The notes under the pieces are model-generated. The model had not been told where the DNA came from and did not search any database. It saw only the letters and a program-made list of their open reading frames with translations. A program made the translations under genes and the position numbers. From assembly GCA_977017645.1 (NCBI GenBank), contig OZ360222.1:81468001-81532000 (forward strand): a stretch of 64,000 bases of DNA, in the 5' to 3' direction. Origin of the DNA: Torpedo marmorata. Its lineage: Eukaryota. Position 1 is the stretch's first letter. Every line of letters starts with the position of its first letter. Below are positions 1 to 11,476 of this stretch, piece by piece.

Positions 1-446
1 AACATGACATTTTGAATCATCTTGTGAAATTATACAGTACCTTACAAAAAGAAGCTTCTTTAGTTTATTTTGATGGGAGAACAATCAATTTGATAAGTGG
101 TAACACATCTCATTGTCTCAGATTAATTATACTAATTGCTTGATGTTAGCCTTCAGAATAAGCCGAGCCTGAAGAGGAGCAAGGCTATAACCCTTTGCAT
201 GCAGTATGTGTGCCAGTTCCAGTTGCCTGCACACAGGCTGGTTACAGCATTATTAGAATTCAGGTCTACACCTTCGCTGTCAGTACTGGTTCTGCTGTAG
301 TCAAGTTCCTGCTCTGAGCAGAGCAAATCTTTGCTCAGTTAAGTGAGCTTCAGTCACTCTTCCACTTTCAAAGGGCTTGTCCAACAGCCCAGGTTTGTTA
401 GGCTTTTGGAGCTTCACCTGAATGAGTTATTGACAGGGCGTTGTTA

Positions 447-1330
447 CAAGATTCAAGATTCAATTTATTGTCATAGTAATAAAACAGTGTCATATTACAT
501 GAAATTTCTTTTTGCCTGCTGCAAGGCAGACAGATTCGCCACCAGCAGAAATTGCCTAAGCGCCTCTAACATTCCTTACAGCCAGAGAAAGAGAAGCAAA
601 AGAGAGTCCCCCCAGAGTCATCGAGTGTAGATTCGCCTCCAGCGCTCCCGCAGCCTCCGCAGCCACACAGAGTCCAGTCCAAACCATTGGCAACCCGAGC
701 TCCAGATCCGAACCTCCGACATGGTCAGGAACCCTTCGGCGCCCTAGGCGCCCCCTCGCATCCCAGTTCCAATACCTGGTACTCCTCCAGCCAGTTCGAG
801 CCAGTCTCCAGCAGTCCGCAGCCCAGCGCGAGTCTCCCGACAGCAGACACCAGCAGCCCACAGCCTCCGCGGGTTCCTCGCCTCGAGTCGCCAGCAGCCC
901 GCCGCATGCACTGGTCCTTCAGCCTCAGAGCCCCTCACTGGTCCGCCGCCGTGGTCCCCGTCCCATGGGTCGTCTCCTCCGCTTCTCCTTCTCAGACGCT
1001 GGGGGGGGGTGATCTTTCCATCCTCTGGTGCCCTGCTCCAGTCCTCCACTTCCCCGGAGTTTGCAGCACCTCGTAGCTGCTGCTGATTAATAGGCGCAGC
1101 CATCTTGGGTGCAGACCCCGCGGTCGCGGGATCTCAAACAAAACCACCATCGGCTCCCTCAACGGGCCGTTCAAAGCCCGTGCGGAGCCGACGGCAGACG
1201 ACTGGGCGGCTGGACCCCGCGGGAGCGCTGCATCTCCGCTCCCTTGCTCCCCACGGGTCCGCACCAGCGGCAGCGCTGCCGCTACAGCGGCTCCGGAAGC
1301 GCAGCCATTCTCTACACCTGAACACCTCCA
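447..1330 (-). mobile_element. GC-rich non-autonomous retroelement with a Rex1/Babar-like 3' tail
   Basis: The minus-strand 3' end reads ATGACAATAAATTGAATCTTGAATCTTG (polyA signal plus tandem 7-mer tail). The CpG-rich body contrasts with AT-rich flanks. Two (A/G)ATGGCTGCGC YY1-like motifs lie on the minus strand near 1095-1105 and 1299-1309. There is no credible protein ORF. The right boundary is approximate. Confidence 0.6.
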
Positions 1331-1441
1331 AATAACACAGAGAAAAATAAATAAATTATCATAGAATAACAGTTGATTTCAAAGCCTGTAGCTTCCAGGG
1401 AGAGAGTGCATGTTAAGATTATTTTTTACATTTAAAAAAAA

Positions 1442-1620
1442 TTTAGACATAAAGCACGGTAACAGGCCCTTCCAGCCCATGAGCCCGTTCCACCCATTTA
1501 CAACCAACTAACCTACAACCCCAGTACGTTTTGAAGGGTGGGAGGAAACCGGAGCACCTGGAGGAAACCCACACAGTCACGGGGAGAATGTACAAACTCC
1601 TTACAGACAGCGCCGGATTT
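1442..1620 (-). mobile_element. HE1-like V-SINE, 5'-truncated
   Basis: The reverse complement contains the V-domain GGAGTTTGTACATTCTCCCCGTGACTGTGTGGGTTTCCTCCAGGTGCTCCGGTTTCCTCCCAC and the same 3' tail as the full copy at 35714-35960. Confidence 0.85.
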
Positions 1621-2138
1621 TGATTGGAATTTGCTTGTGTGAGCATTGACCTCCCAGCCTTGCACCCCAACATTTTTACCCTTTACCCAATTTATTTAAC
1701 ATTGCTTTCTCTTCTCGAGATGCCACCATTGAGGTAACTCTATTCGTCGCATGAGGTACTCCCATTTTTTTAAATTCAGAAGTGCCATTTGCAGCCTAAC
1801 ACAGTATCCTGTGAGGAATTGCAGTGTTGATTAGCAGAAAAACAAATCCCTTGTGGGTGCGGCATAATTTCCTGCCCTCCTGTAAATTCAGAACAGCTGA
1901 GAGCCAAGCAGCAACCCTATATATCTGAGGCACCTGGTCTCAAGGATTGGGTTACTGCAACTTCATTGTGCTTTTAAAGGTCAGTACTCAGCATGTGCTG
2001 CATTTCTTCAGAGGTGCTTATCCAGCAGCTTATTCCATGATAACACATTTGCCGACTCAAGTCACCACGAAACAAAAAGAATGAAAAGCATTTCAAGCAT
2101 CTCATTTCCCAAAACAAGCATGCAGTCATAATGAGGAG

Positions 2139-2290
2139 ACACAAGAGACTGCTGATGCTCGAATCTGGAGCAGAAGGAGTATGTGATCCAGTCTAGATGA
2201 AGGTTCTCAACCCGAAATATCAACTGTCCATTTCCCTCCACAGATGCTGCCTGACCCGTTGAGTTCCTTCATCAGTTCATTTGTCTTTGG
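2139..2290 (+). mobile_element. Penelope-like terminal-repeat fragment with a decayed hammerhead motif
   Basis: CAGTC-TAGATGA-A-GGTT-CTCA-ACCC-GAAA-TATC-AACTG (2189-2226) is followed by the family tail CACAGATGCTGCCTGACCCGTTGAGTTCC. Confidence 0.6.
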
Positions 2291-2863
2291 TGCGATAGTC
2301 TGCCTTTGATGCCCAGTATAGGGCCTTTATATGTACTGTAGGAAAGGAGGAGTAAGGCCTTTAAAAATTGCAATTGGTATCTACATTTATAATAAAAACA
2401 ATCAGAAGAATTGTTGTATAATTAACACATTGTCCTTGCTTTCACGTGCAATATTTCGGCTTTATGCCAGGAAATTTTTTAATTGGAAAGCACTGTAGCA
2501 AGCAAAAACTTCTTCTTATTGAATTATCTTTGTCGATCGAATATCAGAATGTACTGGGAATTAGTTCATGCCTCAGCAAATACACTGTTAATTGTGCATA
2601 AGCAGCAATGGAATGTCAATTAAATGACAGGAATAGTGTCAATGTAAGTTTTGGATATTTTGTTTTGTTTTTTTTATTTACTTTTCAGTGTTTCTTCCCT
2701 CATTTCTCCCCATCATCCAGTATCCATTATATGTTTCTTTGGGGGATAATGATGGATGAATTTGGCACATACCTCTGCATAACCTTTTCACCATTGTATT
2801 TTGTTTATTCAACTAGGAAAAATTCACTTGAATCTAACCAATGTAGGATTACATTACATAAGA

Positions 2864-3110
2864 AAGTCTGCAGACGCTGTGATTGTAATTTAATACAAAA
2901 AAGTGCTGGACAAACTCAACAAGTCATGCAGTGTTTTTATGCAGCAAAAATATATAACCAATGTTTTGGGCCGGAGCCCTTCATCAAGGTATGAGCAAAA
3001 AGCAGGCAGGTGCCTGAATAAAGTGGTGGGGGAGGAGCACAGACCCACAATTAAGAGCACGGACCCACAATTAAGAGGTCATAGGTGGATATGAGTGGGA
3101 GGACTGAAGA
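2864..3110 (-). mobile_element. Penelope-like element 3' region with a decayed hammerhead motif
   Basis: Same family as 50106-50228 and 60416-60517. Minus strand 2990->2957 reads ACC-TTGATGA-A-GGGC-TCCG-GCCC-AAAA-CATT-GGT (GAAA changed to AAAA at a CpG), preceded on that strand by a pyrimidine-rich segment. Confidence 0.65.
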
Positions 3111-3419
3111 GACATCAGGTTTCACCGAGAAGTAAAGTAGTAAAATAAGCAGGCTGTTTGATCTGTTTCCCCTAGTTTCCCATTTGGTAGGATTGGTTAA
3201 AATTGCTTCCTAATTTTCTCAAGGCAAAAATTTGATGCAATGGATGATGATATGCTTTGTGGAAGGTCAGATTAATATGATTGCAGTTTAAAAAAAATTT
3301 CAGTGTATTTCTGTTTTTTGTATTAAACATATTATTATACATTCCTTACTTGACGCTGGTCTAACAGTGATACAACTCATTATGCAAAATTAAAATCTGA
3401 ACCATAATCTCACATTTGA

Positions 3420-3790
3420 TAGTACAATATAGAGTAAGATGCAGGATAGAAACAGACCTTTTGACCCAGCATGTCTGCCCCACCCATCAACCACCCAATT
3501 ATACCAATCTACATCAGTCCCATTTTTTTTATGTTCTTCTCACATTTCCATCAGCTGCCCACAAATTCTGCCACCCACATAAACACAAAGGGGAAATTGC
3601 ATTGACCAGTTAACCTATTGATTTGAATGTCTCTGTGTTGTGGGAGGGGAAACCAGAGCATCTTGAGGAAACCCAGGCATTCTCAGGGAGAACCTGTGAA
3701 CTCCACACTGATATCACCCCAGGTCAGGATTGAACCCAGGCCACTGGCTGTGAGGCAACATCTCTACAAGCTATACAATTATGAGCCCAT
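3420..3790 (-). mobile_element. Old diverged V-SINE
   Basis: Degenerate V-domain (GGGAGGGGAAACCAGAGCATCTTGAGGAAACCCAGGCATTCTCAGGGAGAACCTGTGAACTCCAC on +) and a B-box-like GGATTGAACCC. Confidence 0.7.
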
Positions 3791-5105
3791 TCACTTTGAG
3801 CAAGAGCCTAGTTTCTAGTTTGTTGGAGGAAAGGCACTATAGCCTATACAAATAATATTCTTCCTTAAACCTCATTTATTTTTTGCCCAATAAATCTGGA
3901 TAGGAATTTGGAAAACCTTTTCAGGGGATAAATCTAAATTCATGATCCTCTAGTGGTGGAATCTAGTGTACTGGAATTGAGTTTCCACAATAGGCCACCA
4001 ATATAGGGATAATCCTTTGCATCTCTCTGGATATGCTTCATCTTATTGCAAGGAAAGCAGATATATTCTAAAAGATATAACAGCTTAGCTCTGTAATTGA
4101 AAGATCCTAAGTAACATATCTCTACTTGGCCAGTAATTAAGAGAGTTTTTAAACTTAAATTGCATTAAACAGCTTATCAGTGCTTCCTTACTTTGCCGTG
4201 GGTAACTTCAGAGCTGTGACGCATTGAATCAGTTGCAGTATCCACATCCAACCTCTGAGGTCAGTATTCATTGACATGGCTGAAGCTCCATCAATCGACC
4301 CTGATTATTTTGACATTTTCCCTTTTGTATTGTTTCACCAATGCCCTGCCTAGCCTCATCTTGTCTGTATGATTGAATTTGGCAGATGGCACTTTTCAGG
4401 CCAATAAATTAACATTATGTTGAACTTTGATACAATGTGTGGTGCAGGTTATAATTTAACAGTACAAGCAGGGAAGTCATTTTCAATTACATTAAGTGTG
4501 AGACTTTATTGTGTTTCCTTTTTAATTTTGCCATTCTTTTAATTTTGTATATCTAAAATAGCTATGTTTAATGTTCCAGTGAATTGTTTTGTCAATTAAA
4601 GCACAAGGCAGTGAAAGTAATAAAATCAAAAGGTGTGGACTTCTATAAATTCCTCAATATGTTATTGGCATTTGAATTTATAAATTTAGAGATATTTTGG
4701 ATTAGTGGAGATTCAGAGGATCTAATATTTGGCTTCACACTTGATTCTTAAGTTGAAATATGTAATGAATATGAATGGATAGAACAGGCAAACCTCTAAG
4801 ATTACTTCAAAACTCCTACAGAACCATAGAGGTCTACTGCACATAAGCCCATTCAACTACTCATCACTGTGGCTTCATGTCTGTTTGTTGGCTTCAGAAA
4901 TCCAACAAATCCTATACCGTCCTATTCTAATGTTTCAATATTTTTTCCAATTTTCTCTTCATACTTGCAGGAGTTTGTTCTAACTATTCACTGTGAACCA
5001 TAAAACCATAGAACCATAGAACACTACAACACAGAAAACAGGCCATTTGGCCCTTCTAGTCTATGCCGACCATTATTTTGCTAGTCCCATTGACATGCTC
5101 CCATT

Positions 5106-6813
5106 GACCAAATACTCATTTTTTTCGTTATTTACACATTAGAGATTTTTTGTGATCTCAATTACATACATTTCCTAAGAGTACTGATGAGAATTTAATG
5201 GATGTAATTTTTAATTTACAATAGAAAATAGACAATAGACAATAGGTGCTGGAGTAGACCATTTGGCCCTTCGAGCCAGCACCGCCATTCATTTAGATCA
5301 TGGCTGATCCTCCACTATCAGTACCCTGTCCCTGCCTTCTCCCCATAACCCTTAATTCCCCCATCCATAAGAGCCTTGTCTAATTCCCTCTTGAACCTAT
5401 CCAGAGAACCCGCCTCTACCACCCTCTGCGGCAAAGCATTCCACAGACCAACAACTCTCTGGGTAAAAAAGAATTTTCTCATCTCTGTCCTAAAGGGCCT
5501 TCCCTGTATTCTTAAACTATGGCCTCTAGTCCTAGTCTCCCCCAACATCGGGAACATGTAATCCGTTTCTAATGAGTCCAATCCCTTAATAATCTTATAT
5601 ACCTCAATCATATCTTCCCTCAACCTTCTAAATTCCAAAGTATATAATCCCAGTTTATCCATCCTATCAGCATATGTCAATCCCTCCATCCCGGGAACTA
5701 ATCTTGTGAATCTACGCTGCACCCCCTCAATAGCTAGAATATCCTTCCTCAAATTTGGAGACCAGAACTGGACCCAATACTCCAGATGTGGTCTCACCAG
5801 GACCCTGTACAATTTCAGAAGGACATCTTTACTCCTATACTCTATTCCCCTTTTAATGAAGGTCAACCTTTTTATAATGGTTCAATATCTAACATTTATG
5901 GCATGTTGTTGGGAATAAGAGAGGCTCCTTTAAATAAAATTTAAAAAGCCTGGGAACAGGACCTACAGCTTTTAATCTCTGAAGAAACTTGGAATGTAAT
6001 TTTCAAATTGGCTAATACCTCCTCTTTATGTGCTCGCCACTCTCTCCTGCAATTTAAAGTAGTTCATAGGGCTCACATGTCCAAAGTAAAACTATCTCGT
6101 TTTTATGCGGATGTATCTCCTCGTTGTGATAGATGCAACAATGGAGATGCTTCATTAATTCATATGTTTTGGACATGCCAGAGTCTTGAGAAATACTGTA
6201 ACAAAGTATTTCAAACTTTTCCTGTACTTTTTAAAGTTAATTTTAAACCTAATCCTTTAACTGCCTTGTTTGGTATTGTTGGAGAGAGTGGCATAACTTT
6301 AACGGCATCTGATTTGCATGTATTAGCTTTTATTTCTCTTATGGCGAGGTGGGCAGTGTTGCTCAGATGGAAGGACATTGCTCCACCTACTCATGCTCAA
6401 TGGTTACGTGACATCATGTCATGTTTATATTTAGAGAAGTTTGGATGTTCAATTTCCGATTTGAATTCAAATTTTCAAACACTGTGGGGACCCTTTTTGA
6501 ATTATTTTCATAGTCTTTGTTTAGATATGAATGCAGAGGTGTTGATTAATAAGGTCATTTATTATTCTGATAAGGAATTATTTTTTCCTCTTTTTGCCAA
6601 ACAGCTTCGTTTTGGTCGTGGGTTTAGATCTTCTTTTTTTATAATAAAATAATAAAATATCAATATAATATAATTTGTTTGATTGAGAATGCGGGGTACC
6701 TTGGATGAAATGGTATGATTTAAGTGTAATGTATTTTTTGACTTTTAACATGTATTCTTATGTACTCTGTATTTTTCGATGTGGAATTTAAATGTTAATA
6801 AAAATATTGAAAA
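5106..6813 (+). mobile_element. L1-clade LINE, 5'-truncated ORF2 C-terminus and 3'UTR, interrupted by a CR1
   Basis: Reads PNTHFFRYLHIRDFL...NLMDVIFNLQ | PFYNGSISNIY...; ORF 6008-6652 carries the CCHC motif CDRCNNGDASLIHMFWTC and WGPF. It ends with AATAAA and an A-rich tail. TSD at 5092-5105 / 6814-6827. Confidence 0.9.
5219..5866 (-). mobile_element. CR1 LINE (HER1-like) 3' fragment nested inside the L1
   Basis: ORF 5318-5866 encodes the CR1 ORF2 C-terminus (LYRVLVRPHLEYWVQFWSP...IEGVQRRFTR...TRGHSL...FFTQRVVGLWNALP). A (CTATTGT)n tail lies at 5219-5245. Confidence 0.92.
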
Positions 6814-7257
6814 GACCTGCTCCCATTCCAGAACCCTCCAGACCTCTCCCATCCATGTATCTATCCAATTTATTCTTAAAACTCAAGATCGAGCCCGCAT
6901 TCACCACACCAGATGGCAGCTCATTCCACACTCCCACTACTCTCTGTGAAGAACTTTCCCCTAATGTTCCCCCTAAACCTTTCCCCTTTCAGCTTAAAAC
7001 TATGACCTCTCGTATTTATCTGTGGCAGAATGTTGTCTTCCCTAGGTAAATAACTTGTGTCTATTCTCTTCACTCATTTGGTATCAGTTTCAGGTTATTA
7101 ATCCTTCATTATTGCGTCCACAATCTGAAAAAAATAAACTTCTATCAAAGCTATGGAAAAGATCTACAAAACTAAATTTCAAATGGAGAAGACAAAGTAA
7201 TCTGTCTATCCTGTCCCATAAATTTTGTAATACCCCATGTATCCTGATATAAACACT

Positions 7258-7580
7258 TAGAGATCCATAGAAACAAGATCAGGCCCTTCCAACCATCAAG
7301 CACCCATTTACACTCATCCAAGATTAGTCCATTTTTTATTCTCCAAACTTTCACATCAACTCCCACTAGATTCTTCTAATCAGCTGCAAGATAGGGGCAA
7401 TTTATAGTGGCCAATTAACCTGCCAACATACACATCATTGGAATGTAGGAAAAAAATCAGAGCAATCAGAAGAAATCAGGGAGAACGTGCAAACTCCACA
7501 CAGACAGCACTCAATGTCAGGATTAAACTCAGGTATCTGACAGTTTGAAGCAGTGGTCTCAAATAGTTGTGGCACTCTCG
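7258..7580 (-). mobile_element. Old diverged V-SINE
   Basis: GGGAGAACGTGCAAACTCCACACAGACAGCAC core and a CAGGCCCTTCCAACC tail. Confidence 0.7.
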
Positions 7581-9259
7581 ACCTAACAGAACCATGTAGT
7601 TATCTGGAAAGGGCTACCATTGAGACAGAAAATAGCGTCACTTGTTGATTGCACTGGGGCTGAGCTGGAAGTACTAGATGGAGCAGGAGATGAATGGAAA
7701 AGTCTTCTGTGCTTTCTTTAATTGTCTAAATCAATATGGGACAACACTCTAACCCGATGCGTTAAAGAGCAAGTACCACTCCTAGCATTTGATATCCACA
7801 CTCCCTCTTTCCTCTAATCCAGCTAGAAAAAAGTCCAGCTCTTGCTTAAAGTGCTAAGGTCAGAAATTTATCCTAAATGCACCATGTAGTAACTTGCCAG
7901 TGTAACTTTCTTCTAACATTCATTGTCATCCATTTTCAGGAATGGACCACACTACCATCTTGTACGTCAGACATAACTGAATGTCTCTAAGTTTGTAGTC
8001 ATAGAGGTTTTCCACTGCCAACATCACCCCAGTGAATCCTTACTCCATACTCTCAATGGCTTTAATGTGCTGACTTAATGTTGTTAATAATTCAAAGGCA
8101 TATGTTAAAGTCGCACACCAATATTACATGTTGCAACACGGGATGAATCTTCCATGAGCATGAAACTTAGTTGGAGCAATTCTGTCTGTTTCAGTAAAAC
8201 CTTCTATGTCCTTGGTTGCTTGGTCATTAATACTGCAATGCAACCCCCTGGTCAAATCTTTGCCAGGTGGAACAAGTCTGCTGCTGCCCAAATGAATGCT
8301 GTAGAGGGGATTTAAATTCAATTTATGAAATATGTTAGTATCCCTATTTAAATACAGCGAGTTATTCAAATTTGCCACCAATGAGAATTCAGACAACAGA
8401 GAAAAATTCAACCTCATAAAAAAAGTAAACCTATTATTAACTTGTTATATTTTTCAACATAGTGTCATTTAAACAAATTATGCATAAAAAAATTAAACTC
8501 GGGAAGACTAACAATAATTTCCAGGTGAAATTGTGCGCACCAGGACTTTGAGGCAGGATCATTGGTGTGTAAATCACCATCGCCTGACTGATGTTTCTCT
8601 GTGTCAGTTATGCACCTAATGCCATCACAAATAATGTGTTTTCTCCACTGCTGGCATAAATTGAAGCCTATAACTTGCATTGAACACTCACAATACAACA
8701 GGATTATATGGTGGTGCTTTGTTACATTTGTCTCAATTTAGAAAGGGCACTCTGCAGCCTTCTGGAGATCTAACTGAGCAATTTCAGGACTCACTGCGGG
8801 CTCTTCTAGCACCTTCCAAAATCCACAGAATATGGTTAATGTAGCAGGGTGTGTTTCTTTCTTCATCATTTAGTGGCTGAGATACTCATTCGGTGAGTTC
8901 CAGCAACTACTACAACAATGTCATTTTTTACCTATACATTGAAAAATTATTTTTTAAAATCTTGGATAAGCACCAATCTCAACTGTGCTAGCATTCAAAA
9001 TCAACAATAAATAATTTTTTTTTTTTAGAATATCATGGTTTTTCATTAAAAATATTTGTATTTTAGTGCTTTTAATGCTCCATTACTTCATATGAGGGTT
9101 CAAAAATCAGGCACTATGTCCTTTGTGCCTTGTGTGACTACATGCTGGCTATTGAAAAGCTGCCCTTTTCAGTTTTGAGTCGACAGAGATGTATTTAATG
9201 GTCCATGAGGCGTTCTTGCTGCAAAAGTCATGGCTTCAGACTACTTCCCAGCGCCAATT

Positions 9260-9842
9260 GAGGGAGCAGTCTGGGTGGCTGGCTGTTGAATGCGGGTGAG
9301 CATGTTGTTTAAGAGGGAGCAGTCTGGGTGGATGGCTGTTGAGTGCGGGTGAACATGTTGTTTAAGAGGGAGCAGTCTGGGTGGATGGCTGTTGAGTGCG
9401 GGTGAGCATGTTGTTTAAGAGGGAGCAGTCTGGGTGGATGGCTGTTGAGTGCGGGTGAGCATGTTGTTTAAGAGGGAGCAGTCTGGGTGGTTGGCTGTTG
9501 AGTGCGGGTGAGCATGTTGTTTAAGAGGGAGCAGTCTGGGTGGCTGGCTATTGAGTGCGGGTGAGCATGTTGTTTAAGAGGGAGCAGTCTGGGTGGATGG
9601 CTGTTGAGTGCGGGTGAACATGTTGTTTAAGAGGGAGCAGTCTGGGTGGATGGCTGTTGAGTGCGGGTGAACATGTTGTTTAAGAGGGAGCAGTCTGGGT
9701 GGATGGCTGTTGAGTGCGGGTGAGCATGTTGTTTAAGAGGGAGCAGTCTGGGTGGCTGGCTGTTGAGTGCGGGTGAGCATGTTGTTTAAGAGGGAGCAGT
9801 CTGGGTGGCTGGCTGTTGAGTGCGGGTGAGCATGTTATTTAT
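9260..9842. repeat. 53-bp minisatellite, 11 tandem copies
   Basis: Unit GAGGGAGCAGTCTGGGTGG(A/C/T)TGGCTGTTGAGTGCGGGTGA(G/A)CATGTTGTTTAA starts at 9260, 9313, 9366, 9419 ... 9790 with exact 53-bp period and no spacers. Confidence 0.97.
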
Positions 9843-9863
9843 GAGGCCGTGATATGAAGTGAG

Positions 9864-10082
9864 CACAGAAACACTGGAAATACTTAGCAGGTCAGGCCAC
9901 ATCTGTGAGAAGAGAAGCAAGAGATAATGCTTCAGATCGAAAACCCTTCCTCATCCTTGTTCTGATGAATGGTCTTCCAACTGAAACATTAACTCTGTTT
10001 CTCTTCCCACAGCTGCACCTTGACCTGCTGAGTGTTTCTCACATTCTCTGTTTTTATTTCAGTTTTCCTGCATCTGCATTTT
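9864..10082. mobile_element. Inverted pair of Penelope-like terminal repeats, each with a hammerhead-like motif
   Basis: The left arm (CTTAGCAGGTCAGGCCACATCTGTG) is complementary to the right arm (CACAGCTGCACCTTGACCTGCTGAG). The + strand at 9959-9993 reads GTT-CTGATGA-A-TGGT-CTTCCA-ACT-GAAA-CATT-AAC. Confidence 0.7.
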
Positions 10083-10807
10083 AATTTTTATTTTTTAACT
10101 TACAGGATATGAAATGATTTGGTTTCCTCATGAGGGAGATCATCAGTGGCTTCAATCTGCATGCTCGTGACCTCTAAGAAGATGGTGTAATGAATTGTTG
10201 GCATTCAGACCACCCCATCATTGTTTCAATATCTAGAAACAGAGCTAATCCAGTTTATAGTATTACAACCACAGCTATCTGGGGCCTTAACAGGTCCGTT
10301 CTTCTCCTTGAAGTCAGCTCTTTATGCAGTCTGCATAAAACTGTGCCCATGATAAAATGCAGTGTGAGTTCGGTGTCTGTCTCCTTAAGGAGTTTGAGCT
10401 ACTTTTGTGTGGCATCTCTCTGCTTGTGCAGGAGATCCAGCTGCTCATATGCAGTATCCCCTTGCTCCTATGGAACTGTAAACTGCTCACAGTTAGCAAC
10501 CTTGTGGATTTTGAGAACAGCAATCTGTTTATGCTTGGCATCTCTGTGCTCAGTGAGCTGCTTTTGGTGGCTTGTTGTGGTTCAAGATGCTTCCAGGTGG
10601 CTGATACCAGACCCCCAATGGGGGAAGAAACCAAATTTTGTCTGGCCTCCATCTCTGCATCCAGATGGGCACAGTTTGACATGGTTTGTTGCTGATAGCC
10701 AGCAGAGAAATGAGCATCATCTCCAGAGTGGAGGATAAAGTCTCCTGGCAATGCAGAACCTTCCATAAGAATTTGGAGATGGAGTATTAACCTCCTGCGT
10801 TTGTTCA

Positions 10808-11476
10808 AGGTTGCAATGCAGGTACAGCAGATGATGAAGAAAGCAAATGGCATGTTGGCCTTTATTGCAAGAGGGTTTTGAATATAGAAGCAGAGAAGTC
10901 GTAACTGCAGTTGTACAGGGCCATGGTGAGGCCACACCTTTATTGCGTATAGTTTTTATCTGAAGAAGGACATTCTTGCTATTGAGGGAGTGCACCAAAG
11001 GTTCACCAGTAATTCCTGGGCAGGACTGGTGTATAAAGAATGACTGAACCAACTCGAGTTATGCTCATTGGTATTGAGAAGATTGAGAGGGGATCTCATT
11101 GAGATGTATAACATTCTGACAAGACTAGATAGGTTAGGTGCAGGAAGATTGTTCCCAATATTGCGAGAAGTCCAGAACAAGGGGTCACAGACTTAAGATA
11201 AAGGGTAAGCTATTTAAGACTGAGACGAGGACAACATCTTCACTCAGAGAGTTGTGAACTTGTGGAGCTCCCTACCACACAAAGTCATTGAGGCTAATTC
11301 ATTAGATATATTCAAAATGGAGTTAGAAGTGGCCATAATGGCTAAAGGGATCAAGGGGGGTGGGTGGAAATAAAGCCGGAATAGGGTACTGATGGTGCAT
11401 CATTAGCCATGATCATGCTGAATGGTGTTGCATGCTAAAAGGGCTGAATGGCCTACTCCTGTACCTATTTTCTATG
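10808..11476 (+). mobile_element. CR1 LINE 3' fragment (frameshifted)
   Basis: Encodes KKANGMLAFIARG...QLYRAMVRPH...KDILAIEGVHQRF-type ORF2 remnants and has the CR1 3'UTR GGGCTGAATGGCCTACTCCTGTACCTATTTTCTATG. Confidence 0.88.

Larger units (their letters stand above)
4996..7022 (-). mobile_element. CR1-type LINE 3' end, split by an L1 insertion (pieces 4996-5105 and 6814-7022)
   Basis: (AACCATAG)n-type tail at 4996-5020. The sequence resumes after the L1 with typical CR1 ORF2 C-terminal/3'UTR sequence. A 14-bp duplication GAC(A/C)TGCTCCCATT flanks the break. Confidence 0.8.

Noticed and set aside
343-1335. Cluster of overlapping ORFs as host genes (also 19171-19740 and 22316-23333)
   Set aside because: These are stop-poor GC-rich repeat interiors giving Pro/Arg/Gly/Ala-rich translations on both strands, with no domains or splice structure.
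5857-5865. Consensus ERR response element TGAAGGTCA
   Set aside because: It lies at the end of a CR1 fragment, and a single degenerate 9-mer is expected by chance in 64 kb; there is no supporting context.
9260-9842. CRISPR-like array
   Set aside because: The units are contiguous 53-mers with no unique spacers, there are no cas genes, and the context is eukaryotic. It is a minisatellite.
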